Source of the DNA: Moniliella sp. 'wahieum' | Lineage: Eukaryota | DNA length: 64,000 nucleotides | Direction of reading: 5' to 3' | Assembly (NCBI GenBank): GCA_003971905.1 | Contig: RSEE01000057.1 | Coordinates: 372,001 to 436,000 of the forward strand | Part shown: one piece after another, positions 49,586 to 63,179 of the stretch | How positions within the stretch are numbered: position 1 is the first letter of the stretch | Layout: each line of letters begins with the position of its first letter | Translations under genes and position numbers: made by a program | Notes under the pieces: model-generated | What the model was told of the DNA's origin: nothing | Databases searched by the model: none | The model's input: the letters and a program-made list of their open reading frames with translations, nothing else

Positions 49586-52500
49586 ATGCCGTCCCCGCCG
49601 TACCCCGTCCTGTCGACCGACGAGGCCCGCCCTGTGCGTGGCCTCCCCATCCGCGGCGTCCGTGAGCGCCGCGTAGGCGAGTTTGTCGGCGGGCAGTACG
49701 CCGACTACAACCTCTCGTCCCTCCTCTTCGAAGCACGCACCGACGACAAGGCTTACATCCGTCTTTCCCGCTGGATCCTGAGCCCTGGCTCCACCCTAAC
49801 CCAGAGGGAAAGGGCGGCGATGTCATCAACAAGCCCCCTTTCTCTGAAGCGGTCAAGCAGACGTACAGCGACACCAAGAAGGGCACCACCTTTGGTCCCA
49901 GCTGGACCAACCACTGGGTCAAGCTGTCGTTGACAGTGCCCCCGCAGTGGGCTCATCGCGAGCCTGGCTCCGTCCAACTCGAGTTCGACCCGGATGCGAG
50001 GCGATGATCTTTGACACCAAGGGTCTCCCCCTGCAAGGCATTACCGGTGGCAACGCGGCCAACCGTCGCGTCGACTTCCCCCTGACAGAGGCCATGTTGG
50101 AGCCGGGCACGGTCACTACGTTTTATATCGAGATCACCGCCAACGCCATGTTTGGTCTTCCTAGCGTGGGTAATGGTGGCGACCCTGACCCAAACCGGTA
50201 CTTTAAGTTGCTGTCGGCCGACCTGGTACTCAAGCGGCTGGAGGCCTGGCGCCTCATGTGGGACTTTAGTCTTCTGCGCGGTGCCGTCGATTGGGTGGAC
50301 CGTGACACAGTCCTACAAAACAAGGCTTTGTGGGTAGCCAACGAGATTCAGAACACCTTCCGCCACTCGGATGTGACTTCGATTGCACGCTGTCGGAAAC
50401 TAGCTCAGGAGGTGCTGGGATCCAAATGGGATGCCAAGCCCGACGGGGTCTGGGAGGAGCCGACTAGCACCAAAACCACCGTGTGGGCTATGGGGCACTG
50501 CCATATCGATTCGTGCTGGCTCTGGCCCAAGAAAGTGACCGAGCAAAAGGTTGCTCGCTCTGGGCTACACAGCTTTCTCTGATGGAGCGCTACCCCGAAC
50601 ACCGCTTTGTTGCCTCGCAGGCGGCGCAATTTGACTGGCTCGAGCGACTTTACCCTTCTCTGTTTGAGAAGCTCAAAGGCTTTATCAGTTCGGGTCAGTT
50701 CTTGCCCATTGGGGGCACGTGGATTGAGAACGATGCCAACATCCCCTCGGGTGAGGCTTTTGTTCGCCAATTTATCCACGGCCAGCGCTTCTTCCTATCG
50801 CGCTTTGGTCAGCGGTGCAAAATCTTCTGGCTGCCCGACACATTTGGTTACAATGCCCAGATTCCGCAATTGGCTCGCTCGGCGGGACTCGACTACTTTT
50901 TCACTCAAAAGTTAAGCTGGAACAACATTAACCACTTCCCGCATAACACGGTCATGTGGGAGGGTCTGGATGGTAGCCAGATCATCACCCATTTTTCGCC
51001 AGTGGAAAACTACGACTCCATGTGCCGTCTGGACGACATCACCAAGTGCATCAAGAACAGTATGTATTCTTTTAAAGTTATTTCATCATTTGTTCGCGAT
51101 ACTGACCTCGGGGGTGCAGACGGCAACTTGGACGTTCAGCCTAACGGGCTTCTCCTCTTTGGTTATGGCGATGGTGGTGGCGGTCCTACCGAGACCCATA
51201 TCCAAAATCTTCGCCGGGCTCGAGCAGCGCATAATAATGGGTACACGGATATCCCCAAGATTAAGCTGGCACATTCCGTGCAAGACTTTTACGATGAGGT
51301 GCTGCGCGTGACGGACGGGGGGAAGCGCCTGCCTACTTGGCAGGGCGACCTCTACCTCGAGTTCCACCGGGGCGTGTACACGTCGCATGGGAGCATCAAG
51401 CGATGGAACCGCAAGTTGGAGATTAAGTTGCACAACGTCGAGTGGGCAGCTACGCTCGCGTTGGCTAGCCCCACTTACGAGTATCCTAAGAAGACACTGG
51501 ATGAACTTTGGGAGGGGCTACTCTTCAATCAGTTCCATGACATTTTGCCGGGTTCCTCAATCCGCATGGTCTATGAGGATGCAGAGAACGATTATGCTTC
51601 GATCGATAAAAGGGCAGACAAGCTGCTGGCATCCGCTCAAGACGTCTTGTTTGCCACCTCGGCCTTGAGTACCGGCCTGTCGATGGAGACCCTCTCGCTC
51701 GGCGACGGAGCAGGCTCAATTGTTGCCCTTAACACACTGGCCATCCCGCGCAATGAACTTGTTGCTGTTCCTCTTCACAAGTACCCGGGAGTACAAGCGG
51801 CGATCCAGATGGGTGGGGCGCAACTTGTTTCGACCCCGCAGAATCAGATGGCCCTGGTCCCCATGCACGACGCCGATGGGACTGGAGTGGCGTCCTTTTC
51901 GCTCGGTCATGCGCAACAATTGGCTGCCAAGGTCCATCGCAATGGGGCGACGGCCTTCCATGACGTCCAGTCCGAAAGCTATGTGCTAAGCAACGACGTG
52001 CTCAAGGTGGTTGTCAAGAGTGGCCGGATCTCGTCGGTGTACGACCAAGTGCTGAAGCGGGAGTTGCTGCGCCCGGCCAGACGGCAGGGCTTTCGATTGC
52101 GGAGGACTACCCTCCCTCGTACGATGCTTGGGAGACAGAGGTGTATGCGCTGGACACACAGGAGCCGATTGCGTTTGACTCGGTCGCAGTGCACACGGAG
52201 CAAGGCCCGTTGCGCGCTTCGTTGGTGGCGCAGGCCCGCTTTGGGCAGAGCAAGGTGAGCGTCAAAATGTCGCTTGATGCAAGTGCGATGCAGATGACGT
52301 CCAAGGGTCGTACGCCGTTGGTTCTGGACTTTGAGGTAGACTGGCAAGAAAAGCACCGATTCCTTCGGTTTGAGGTACCGACCAACTTGGTGGCCGACAA
52401 TGCCGCGTACGAGACGCAGTTTGGCATTACCCACCGGCCCACGGGCCGCAACACAAGTTGGGATGCAGCCAAGTTTGAAGTATGCGCTCACCGCTTTGTC

Positions 52501-53071
52501 GATTTGTCCGAGGCAGGCTATGGAGTTGCGCTACTGTCCGAGTCCAAGTACGGCTTTTCGGTAGAGGGGGGCACGATGCGGGCTTCGCTGCTCAAGGCAG
52601 GTACCTATCCGGATGCTCACCAAGACGAGGGGAAGCACATCTTTTCCTTGGCGGTACTGCCACATGTGGGGCCGATGGAGGACCCTGCGAGCGGGGTGAT
52701 TCACGCGGCGCGCGCGTTCAACAACCCGTTGGTTCCTTCGCATTCTGCCAACTCAAGCCTCGCCAGCGGCTTGGGTCTGCACCTCGAATCGGACACGGGC
52801 ACTGTCGTGCTCGATACCATCAAACGTGCTGAAGCTGACTTCTCCTACCACCACACACCTGCCTCCGGCAAGAAGACTGTGGTGGCTCGCTTCTATGAAG
52901 CGGCGGGTGGCCACGCACACACCAGTTTGTATGCGTGGAGCCGGAGTGCTGAAAGCGTCAACTGCGTCAATTCTGGAGGATACAGAATCGGAGCTGGCGC
53001 CGTACCATGGCGGGTACCAGCTTTCCTTCCGCCCATACGAGGTGAAGACGGTCGTTTTCGAACTGGCCTAA
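49586..53071 (+). CDS. AMS1: Glycoside hydrolase family 38 alpha-mannosidase; frameshifted
   Basis: FGPSWTNHW, GHCHIDSCWLWP, FWLPDTFGY, FFTQKLSWN, FGYGDGGGGP, LYLEFHRG, NQFHDILPGS, NTSWDAAKFEV. Intron at 51060-51119. Confidence 0.96.
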
Positions 53072-53756
53072 CACCTTGGGATACGTTGTGGACCCCACAC
53101 AGACAATATATGAAGTTTGCTTGTTGGAGAGCGGGACTCATCCATTGCGGATGGGTTTGTTTTGCGATGATTGCCAGATAGTATTGCGTTCAGCGTACGT
53201 TCATCAACCCACGTCGCCCGTCGCCGCCCCCGGCCCTTCTCACAGCCACAACTATTACCACGGCAACAAGCATTATGCAAGCAGACCAGAACATCGCGTC
53301 CTCTGACTGCGGGGGCTGTCAACTGGGCAACCAACACCACCCAGGGTAATTGGCCAGCCACTACATGGATGAGTAGGCCATGGGGGTCCAGGAATTGAAG
53401 CTTGACGCGACAAGGAGAGCTTGAACGGGTGGGATTGACATATTGACAAGCGGGCCAGTCCTTGCCAGCCCACACCCGCTCTCTCGTCACGCGTCACGTG
53501 TCATGCATCAGCAGGCATCTAGTGCGTTGCTGGAGTTGGCTTCGACGACTGGAAAGCGGAACCGGCCGTGGGGTGGCGGAATGCACTGATCAGGCAATCG
53601 CTTGGGCGTGATTGATGATCGATGATTGATGACGAAGAAGAGAGCTATAATTAGGGCAGCGGCAATGGCATCGGCTAAGCGCATCATCAGCACCGCCGGC
53701 CCACTCACCCACCCACACCACCCACTCCGCAACCCGCCTCCCCGTCCGTGCCCACC

Positions 53757-55291
53757 ATGGCAGGTGGAGTCTACGGCATGTTCGGGGCAGCTGCGTCGCA
53801 GGTCCATGGCGCCCCATCATCCGCCCCTCCGCGCGTGACCGCCGCCGACTTTACTGTGGACGATCCCTGCCCAGCCCCCTCCCGTGCCCTCGACCTTGTC
53901 TTTGTGATGGACGCCACCGGCAGCATGGGGTCTTACATCCGCGAGGCCACCCGCAACATCGAGGCCATCTGCGATACCATCACCCAGTCTGATCAGCTTC
54001 ATGGCCCTGGCGCATTGCGCATTGCTCTCATCGCTTATCGTGACCACCCGCCCCAGGACCATAGCTACGTCACTCGCACCTGGAGCTTTACTACCTCTGT
54101 TCCCGAAGTCAAAGAGCAGCTTCGCACGCTGTATGCGTCTGGGGGCGGCGATGGCCCCGAAGCGGTCACGGCCGCCTTGGCTGAGACGGTCAAGCTTCCC
54201 TGGCGTCCTGAAGCGACCAAGCTGGCGGTGCTCATCACTGATGCCCCGCCTCATGGCATTGGCGAAATCGGGGATGGTTTCCCTCGAGGATCCCCCGATG
54301 GCAATGATCTCTCGTATTGGCTCGTACGATGGCCTCAATGGGCATTAGTTTACTGATGGTTGCCTGCGAGCCGGCTTTGTCAGGCTATCAGCATGCCGTT
54401 GACTTTTTCCGGGGCCTGGTGCAGATTACCGGTGGCACCTGCGTCCCGCTTACCACCGCCAGCTTGTTGAGCCACGTAATTGTCGCAGCGGCTGGAGAGG
54501 CGATGGATCTGGAGCGCCTCCATCAAGACATTGACACTCAAGTCTTGGATCGGCTGCGGTCCCTCTCTCTTGCCCAAACGGGAGGCGGTCCAGGTGGCGA
54601 TGCGGCTTTGTTGGACGATGTTGCTAGGGAGTTACACGAAAAGCTCCTGCTTCGCAACGAAAACACCAAGCAGCTTTACATTGAATCTATCTATCAACCT
54701 TCAGCCGAATCGGACAGCAACATTGCCATTTGGGCCATGGCTCCCTCGCTGGATGCGGCCAAGCCCCTCATTCGTCGTGTTCCTGGTCACCGCCTTAGCG
54801 AAAAATACCTCAAGACGCGCACAGCCACTTCCTCATTTCGCTCAACTCCACGCCCCTTGGTTTCGACGCCGCCAAGGCCAACAGGACGCAAACCGATCCA
54901 GTCATTTTCCACCTATACGGCTGGACCTGGCCTGAGTGCTGGCGCCTCGCCCCCGTCCAGAGCGGGGGCCGGGCCCGACGGATTTTCTCTTGCTGGGTCT
55001 TCCTTGTCAATGAACTCAATTCGTTCTCAGAGGCCTCAAGCTTTTGCCTCTTTTGGCGCCGAGGAAGACGATGATGGTCTGGGCGGGTTTGACGGACAAA
55101 ATGCCGCCGATGCCGAAGCGGAGGAGGAAAATGCAGCGGCAACAAACTTGCCCGTCACAACCACGGCTCATGGTGCGCTTGAGGTGGCTGGGGCCAATGG
55201 GCAGAAACTCTTCTTTGGGCAAGGGGCCATCTCACTAGAACAAACGCGTCGACTGGCCATGCAGAGTGCCCAGCGTGGTGGGCTGGGATGA
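53757..55291 (+). CDS. von Willebrand factor A domain protein (similar to the vWA domain of VwkA-type alpha-kinases, no kinase domain seen)
   Basis: MIDAS motif LDLVFVMDATGSMGSYI, plus IAYRDHPPQD, ASGGGDGPEAV, LPWR, LITDAPPHG. One frameshift near 54310. Confidence 0.88.
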
Positions 55292-55514
55292 GGGGCAAGA
55301 CGATCCAGAAGCAAATACCCTGGCATGACAAATGTGAGAGCAGTTGTACATGAGGTGCGGTAGATAGTGGCCATAGTGCTATGTTAGGCTGATTGCCATG
55401 AAGGACAGCCCGCATAGCGTGCAATGGCTAGTGGCTGGCATGGCTTCACTGTACTTGCACGATGTATGAAAGGCAGGTTGGCTGAGTAGTGCGGAGGCAA
55501 GGAGAAAAAAAAAT

Positions 55515-55586
55515 TGGACGAACAGGGAATTGAACCCCGGACCTCATGCATGCTAAGCAAGCGCTCCATCTATGAGCTATCCGCCC
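55515..55586 (-). tRNA. tRNA-Ala, anticodon AGC
   Basis: GGGCGGA/TTCGTCC acceptor stem with G3:U70, discriminator A, anticodon loop TT-AGC-AT, T-loop GGTTCAATTCC. Followed by an oligo-T Pol III terminator. Confidence 0.9.
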
Positions 55587-56066
55587 TTAGATGGACGGTA
55601 GACACGGCGTGGAATGTAGTTCAGAGTGTCACCTAGATAGCGGATTTTCCATTGATTTATTCCTTAGCGAACTAGTTGAGCACCCAGCGTTCTCCACCAA
55701 CTGAACACGAAGCAGCTTGCTCTCCAATATACTACAAACAGAATAACACCCCCCTCAATTATGAGCAAAGTAACGGGAACCAAAGAGAGTGTGCATAAAT
55801 GACGTTCAGGATGTTGGGCACCCATTGCGACATTATTAGGGGGAGAAGAGAGGGGGAGATAGAGAAGCACGAGGGAGAGGAGGCACACGAGGGAGCGGGA
55901 GCAATGCTCATTTGAAAGGGATAGTGCTGGTGCACCTATTTCAAACAGGTGCGGGTAGCCAAAACAATTGTCCAGAGGAGACAGCGCGCGCGAGAGATTC
56001 ACGACTGATGGTCCACAGGTGAGGCAGAACGGATGTAGGAAAGGACGGGGTGGCCGTACTTGAGGT

Positions 56067-57784
56067 CTAGGCCTCATCGCCATGAGGCCCAGTGTAGGGT
56101 GGGGCGCTGAGATGCGACGAGGTGGGCGGAGTTTGGTTGCGGGCAGGAAGGAAAGCTTGCGCAAACCGACTTGGAGAGGGGGTACGCGCTACGTCCACTG
56201 TCGCGGAACGCTGGTGGAATGACACGGGCGCCACTTGACCTTCCTCATCGTGGAGTAGGATCGAGTTGGATTCAGAGGCCAGGCCAGGTCCAGAGGGCAT
56301 ATCGATCCGGGTGGAAAAGCTAGTAGCCCGCTTCGGCTGGTTCATGGCGAACGCTTCTCCACCTTCGTCCGCCAGTAGCGTCTCCCTCTCAGCTTGGGGG
56401 TGGAGCGACGAGTGGAGCCAGCACCGCGAGAAAGGTCAAAAGAAGAGTTGGGCCCCGAGGGCCGGATCCCAGCAACTCGCATCAAGTGGCGCGCCAAACG
56501 AATAGGGGGGCCGGCGATACGAGCCAACGACAAAGGCGGCACGACCTGGCACGGCGTAGCAAGCCGTAGATGACACCCACGAGGGTCACTAGGAAGAGAT
56601 ATTTACCACCCTTGCCCAAAGCCTGAATGAAGCTGGCATCATTGGCGTGCCATGATGATCCGTAGAAGTGCTTAAAGAAGGCGTGCTCGCGAGCCTGCTC
56701 AGGCGGAAGGTTCTTTCCGTACAAGGATTTGGGAAGAACCCGCACTCCGGACCATCCTCTCGAGGGGTGGTCCATGTCAGAAGGAAGACTGACCCCATTG
56801 GCATCAACCCACAAAGAGTAACTGGCACTGACCAGCATTGGCCCGGTTGAGAACATCACAGTGGGGTAGTGGAGGATGTAGTTGTGGTTGAAGAGGACGA
56901 GATGATTGAGCATCCGCTCCATGAATGGATGCTTGGGAACGATCATCATAAGATCGTTAGAGACGCCTATTGGTGCGGTCTCAGGCAAGACAGCCTCGAA
57001 GCGGAGAAGAGGACCCATAGGTTTGAGGCAGCCCATATCTAGATCCATATAGATGCCACCAAAGTGATGCAGAACGAAGTAACGGATCGCATCAGCACGC
57101 TGGATCGGATACGGATATCCATCGAATACGGGCAGGAACCAACTGTAATGTTTCTCGATGAATGCTCGTGAGTTCTCATCGGTCCACAAAATGTAGTCGC
57201 TGACGATAAGGTGGTCAGGTCAGCACATGTCAGTCAGGGGGGGAGAGAAGACGCACTAGTCGGGGTGCATTTCCTGCACTCTTCTCGGATTGGGGCCCAC
57301 TTTTCTGGCAAAGTGTCGGTCTTCCAAGTTTGGTGAATGATACGCGGGATCTTTTCCCCGGGGCGGACATCTTTAGGGCCTGTGCCGGGGTGAAGTGGCC
57401 CTCATACACAGCCGGATCGGGTTGTTGCTGGGCCCGTGCAGTGCCGGTCGTGTTGAGAGGCGAGGCAAGTGTTTCGATCCCGGGCGTAAGGGGAGGGGAG
57501 GGTTTACGGAGTGTGGCCATGGCGCGGGGGACAGGTGTGGGGATTCGCATTGCACCAGGCAATGCGTCGTTAACCTGGGATGCGACGATGGCGGCCGCGG
57601 CAGCGGAGCCAGCGGCAGAGGCCAAGACGACGACAATCATCTGGATCTCCATGGGGGTGATCATGGCGCGGCGGTCGACATGGAAAAAGCTCCACACGCT
57701 GCCGAGCACGATGCACGTGCCCACGAGAATGAGCGAGAGGCAGATGAGGAGGACCGAGACGGTCCGGCGAGAGCAAAGGTTCAT
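56067..57784 (-). CDS. GT32 mannosyltransferase, MIPC synthase (Sur1/Csh1-like); 3' end approximate
   Basis: N-terminal TM anchor; WTDE, YPYPIQRADAIRYFVLHHFGGIYMDLD (DxD), GVSNDLM, YPTVMFSTGP, HFYGSSWH. Intron at 57200-57256. Confidence 0.92.
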
Positions 57785-58651
57785 TGCGAGCAGCCCGGCG
57801 AGGATAAGGGTCGGAAGCAGAGCACGGGTCTGGGGTGAGACTTGCAGGGGGCGGCTGCGTGAGCTGAGAGAGGCTGAGCGCTGAGAGGCTGCGATCGGCG
57901 GGTGGAGGGGTTCAGATGGGGGTCCTGCAGGCCATGCTGCGCCGCAGCTGGCAGACGGAAGGAACGATGCGGGGTCGGCGGGCGGCGTCGGCGAGTGGGC
58001 GGGCGACGGTGCACGGATGGCAAGGGGCAAGGCCGGAGATGGGGGCAGGCGCGGGTGGTGGGGCGCTGGCCAGAAGACGGCAGGCCTCGCGCCGAGAACC
58101 AAACCAAGTCAGCCGCAAGCCTCGGCATTTGAAGCTTCAGGCCCAAAACGGCATGCCTGCGCTCACGGGTCACCCATCACACATCCCATCACGTGTCACA
58201 CCGGATCGGCCGCATCAAATATCACATGCATCACACACCACCCCTATCTCTGGTGTGTTCGCATTTTTATAGCGTTCGTTTTCAGTTCCTTTCTACACAC
58301 ACGTCTCAGTACCCGGCCCACACCCCTTCTATAGCCACGCGCGCTCACCGTCTATGCAAGACGCCCTGGATTATCTCTTACCCATAGGCCAGAACCTCCA
58401 TACCCCCTTGAATCCGTGGATCGTCGTCGCAAAGGTCAATTGAACAAGTGCAAAAGAACGTGACGTCGCTTCACAGTCATCAGTCGTGTCTGAGGTCGTG
58501 AATGGGAAGAGAGAAGAGCTCGACCGCATCGTGGGCGGGGGATTGGCCTCTGTCCCCCACCCCGTGTCGCATCAGTAGGAAAAGAGATGTAAGCAGGAGA
58601 GATCGTATGAAAACACGTGAGAGGACATCGGCATGTACGATGAGGGTCTAA

Positions 58652-60018
58652 CTAATAGCTGTCGTACCGATGACTTTCACTCGGCTCGCGTCCTCGCAAC
58701 ACCGGAGGCGCTCTTGACTACAACATTCCCATAGCTTGGCATTCGCAGGCTCCGGTGCGTTTTTGGCATGAGCAATAGCCTCTTCGACAATCTCTTGGCC
58801 TGTTTGTCGACCCGCCTTGAGTTCCTCCTCTGAAGCCACTCCCACTCGAGTAGTTGCGCTTGAGTCCTGAATCGGGTCGGCTGAGGTGCGCATGCGTTGG
58901 ATCTCCTCCCGGGTGCGGTAGGTGGTGCCGGGGTCCGAGAGGGAGTGGCCGCCATAGCGGTACGTAACCAACTCCATCACCACCGGCCCCTTGCCTGTCG
59001 TAGTAATTCGCGGGCCCAAGTCGTCGCCTGCCGCACAGCCAGCACGTCCATCGCTTGACCTGCAACCCGGGATTACATCGCCACGTGTGTAATACTGGTG
59101 TTCATCGACGAACGTTCGGCAGAGGTGCCCATGCCGTACTTGTTATTCTCACACACGTATACGCACGGTAGCTTCCACAGCTGCGCCATGTTCATCGCCT
59201 CAAATACCTGGCCTTGGTTCGAAGCACCATCACCGTAGAGAGTAAAGACGGCATTGGGAGTATTGAGATACTTTGTGTAAATGCTAGTCCCGTCCCGACG
59301 GGCACTTGTGCACCCACAATTCCATTGCCCCCGAAAAAGGTTTTGGTAAACATGTGCATCGAGCCCCCCTTGCCTTGACTGATGCCCGTCTCCCGTCCAA
59401 ACAGCTCGGCCAATACTTTGGCAATGGAGCCGCCACGTAGGGCAGCAAATGGATGGCAACGATACGAGGTAATTAGCAAGTCTTCGGGCGTCATGGCCGT
59501 GTGCATGCCAGTCGCTACAGCTTCCTGGCCCATCGCAAGGTGACAAAAGCCACGAATGAACTTTTGCTTGTAAAGTGCATCGGCCGCCATTTCCATACGG
59601 CGCATTTGCACCATCGTGTCGTACATCGCACCAACTCTTGCTTCGTTGTATGCAAAGTCAAGCCGGGTCCCCCACCATAACCTTCCAACTTGTACTCGTG
59701 GAAAGACTGATCAGACAACGTTACTTCAAATGGCTCTTCTGCTCCATCAGGCACGTCCTTTGATACCGTGCACTGTCGGCGACAAGATGGATAAAACGGG
59801 CACGGTTCAATATGCGATGGGGGCAGCCACTTTAGGGAACATCTGAATAAAAGAGACCCAGTGCATGGGGAATGGAATGCGGGTTAGCTGAGCGCAAAAG
59901 CATATTCTCTTCTCATGCCACTGCTGAGCACACTATAATAATAATGTACGCACCATCGATGCGGCAGCACCGTCAGTGCTGGGCGGGCAAGATGGCGGAC
60001 AAGATTACCGGATATCAT
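58652..60018 (-). CDS. PDA1: Pyruvate dehydrogenase E1 alpha subunit, mitochondrial; frameshifted
   Basis: RRMEMAADALYKQKFIRGFCHL, GKGGSMHMF, YGDGASNQGQVFEA, CENNKYGMGTS, TYRYGGHSLSDPGTTYRTREE. Intron at about 59843-59953. Confidence 0.96.
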
Positions 60019-60756
60019 GGCGAGGAAAAAGACAAGGGGCTGTGGTGTAGGGTGGGTGGTGGTGGGTGGTGATGGGTCTGGTGAAGGTTTTCGCCCAGAG
60101 GAAAAACGTGCATCTTAAGCACAAGCCGGTGGACCGAGACGGCACAGTTCGAGGGCGCAGCTGGAGTGCGCCACCGCATGGCGCCAGTGTACGGCGTTGT
60201 CTGTCTTGCTTGCGCCGCTGCTATTTGCATCTCAATCAAGGTTTTGCTATAGCCCGTCTTGCGGCTGCTCAGAGCTCTCTATGACACCCGTTGCCCGCTC
60301 AATAAAATGACACGGCCGCCACCTCTGAAGCTAATACACAATGGATTGTCGTCGTACAGCATCCTCACCAGGACCACACATGTGCCCCATGCAGATGCTT
60401 CCAGACATGAACTCGAAAAATAGATAAGGAGAAGATGATCATCATAGTGGGACGCTCAAGAACTCTTCACAGAGGAGAAGCCACACGTATCAACAGATAT
60501 CCCACCAAAGTCGCCATCAGAGGGACAAAAGGAAACATCACAATTGAAGTTTTTTGTAACGGCCCATTCTACCGTAGTTATTTTTGGGTTTGGGTGAGAC
60601 CGACAGACCCGTCGTGGGGCGGAAGAGGATGAGGCGTCATTCGTGCGACGAGTCAATCTGCGTCCAACCGACCTGGTGGAATGGAAAAACGAGCTTGGCT
60701 CGCCACCTGGCTAGGGGAAGAATTGATATGGGCTGCCGGAGGGCTGTTGAATCGAT

Positions 60757-63149
60757 TCAAGGCAGGGCGAGGACCGAGGAAGAACCTGGGCGGGGAAGAG
60801 TAGACAGGGCCATCTGGGAGCGGTGCACCACCATCTTCTCCAGGCCAAACGACGGACGCTCGGTTCGGAAACTTTTGCTGCGCTGCACTTCCAGAGCCTT
60901 GCCCGACACCACTTTCTTCAGTTCGTGATGGGCCTCGTACAGCTCCCCCATGCATGCTTCAGACGGCCCAGCTCATAATGAGCAAAATACAGAATCCCCA
61001 CGTCCTCTCCGCGCAAACGCGAGCCAACCGAGAAGACTTTGTGGAAACAATCAACGGCCTCGTTGGCCAGATCAGTGGGCGACGGCATCTGGTCATCGGG
61101 GGGCATACGAGGGAGAGTATACTCAATTGGGAAGCTGAGAAGCGAAGGATGACGCTCGAAGAAAGTAGGCAAGGGCATAGGCCCCTGCCCACTCCGAATG
61201 TCCGATGGATTGTACGAGGCAGTGGTCGATTCAAGCAAGGCAATTTCCCGCGTCACCACCGCCCCAGCTGCCTCGTTACAGCAAAAAGACAGGGGTGTGG
61301 GGGAGGGTGTGCCAAATGTAGGCAAACTCAAGTCCAGGAAGAGTGAGGCGGCCGTTCTGGATAAACTTCTTGGCTCGTCCGATGGCAAAGCGCTCGGCTC
61401 CAATCGACTGTCCAGCAACTCGCTGGCTCAACAGAGGCACGGTCGCCATAATCGTCTTGGCCCGCTGAATCGTCGCCTCGTCTTGTTGCCCCGACTTTGT
61501 CTGGTTCTTGGCCGAGTATAGAGACAAGGCTTTAGAGTACTGGAATAACGCCTTCGTGAACGACGATTGGCGGAGAGAGCATCGAAACACTCAAACGCTC
61601 GCTTGATCAGCTAGGGTAAGATATGCCAAGGCCAAGTCCCACAAAACACGGTGGCTCAGCTCGGGGTACTGGTGTGACACGTAATGGCGTTGCGGTACGA
61701 CTCCATGGCTCGTTCAGGAAGGGCCAGCATACGGAGCATTGCGACCTTGGAAAAAGTGCAAAAAGAAACCTTTGGGAAACGCTGAAGATTGAATTAAAAA
61801 CCTTGTCGGCCAGCTCAAGGTTAACCGTCGGGATGGCCACGTAGGAACTGACAAATAGATTGTAGGTCAGAATGGTGATGTCACACAGCGGTCGACGGAG
61901 TCCCTCTTGCGCGATATCAATCCCCGGAGCGGTCGAGGCGGATGTCCACCCTCCAGCTTGACTCAAAATGTCCATCGCCCGCTCCCGATCTGTCGAGTAG
62001 CCGATCGCCCAGCACTTTACCTGCCACTGCCGGTAATAAAGAGAGAACAAGGATACAGATACCGTAAGACAGTGTGCATCCCGCACCGTAGATCCACGTC
62101 TACGGCAAAATCCCCGGTTCGGACCGTGCTTGCCTTGGGCCAGTGTTCCCGCTGTGCAGCCTCAGCGTCTTGGCGGCGGCAAAACTGCTCAGCTGACGAA
62201 TGATGAGGCGCTTTCCGCAGGTTGATCACATGGCGGGCCAGCTTGGCTGCATCGCGTGACATGAAGATGCCAACAATCGAGACAATCAAGCACGACTCGG
62301 CGTAGATGAGCTCGGCTTGCTGCTGAAACAAAGGTCATTGACGCCAAAAAGCTGCTGTCCGACCGGCCTGGCACAGGGATCGGGGCCGTTTCTTCCGCAA
62401 CAGCTTGGCGATCTTCCTTGCATGTTGGGCACACGGACCCCGGTCTGGAGGTGATCTTGCTCAAAGGTCATGATGGCTTTGACTCCATTGATCAACGCCA
62501 TGGCAATTGCCATGTACATCCGTGTCCCGGCCGTTTTGCGGGCTACGGCCTCACTCTCGGTCATCTTTGAATTCAAAAATAAGTCCATGATCAGATGTGA
62601 TGTGCGCACATCCTCGCGCATCTCGGCCTCGGTCTGCTCCACATGTGCCTTGGTCAATTTAAATCGAGGGATGTAGTCCGGCCAGACATAAGCTGGATGG
62701 GACACAGTCTCGTCCGACGCCAAGGATAACCCGTCGCCGTCATTTGTGCCCCACTCCAAGGAGCTGCGATCCGTGTCCGTCGAGACACTGATTTCCGAAC
62801 CCGGTCCGGTTGCATGTCCCGAAGCCGGCTCGCCCAGGGAGAGTTCATCGACACTGCTTCCTGTGACATTGGTTCCATCCGTCGACATGGACGCCACCGA
62901 GGCAATGGCCGAGGAGGCCCGCATGGGCAGAGAGGAGGACACGGAAGTGGCGGTGGTGCGCCGTGATGTGACTGAAAATTCGGTTGCGCTGCCCGAATGG
63001 GAGGCGGAGCGTGGGCGGAAGCCAGACTGAGAGGCTCTAGTCGGTAGAACCGGCAGCTTGGATGTAGGTGGAGGAGAGACAACGGATCCGCCTTGCGAGG
63101 AAGAGGACAAACGTGCGCCAGGCTGACGAACTCCTCGCGAGGGATCCAT
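60757..63149 (-). CDS. Iml2/TTC39 (DUF3808)-like TPR protein with Ser-rich N-terminus; both ends uncertain
   Basis: DLFLNSKM, KAIMTFE, AELIYAESCL, IGY..DRERAM, GLRRPLCD, AGQSIGAERFAIGRAKKF, LPGLEFAYIWH, FAHYELGRL, LEKMVVHR. Confidence 0.8.
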
Positions 63150-63179
63150 CGCCGCATAGAAGAGTTGAGCTGCAACGAG

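Noticed and set aside
55515..55586. tRNA-Ala with an odd D-loop (ATAGATG, no GG) and one anticodon-stem mismatch
   Set aside because: Likely consensus errors in a structured region. All Ala identity elements are present.
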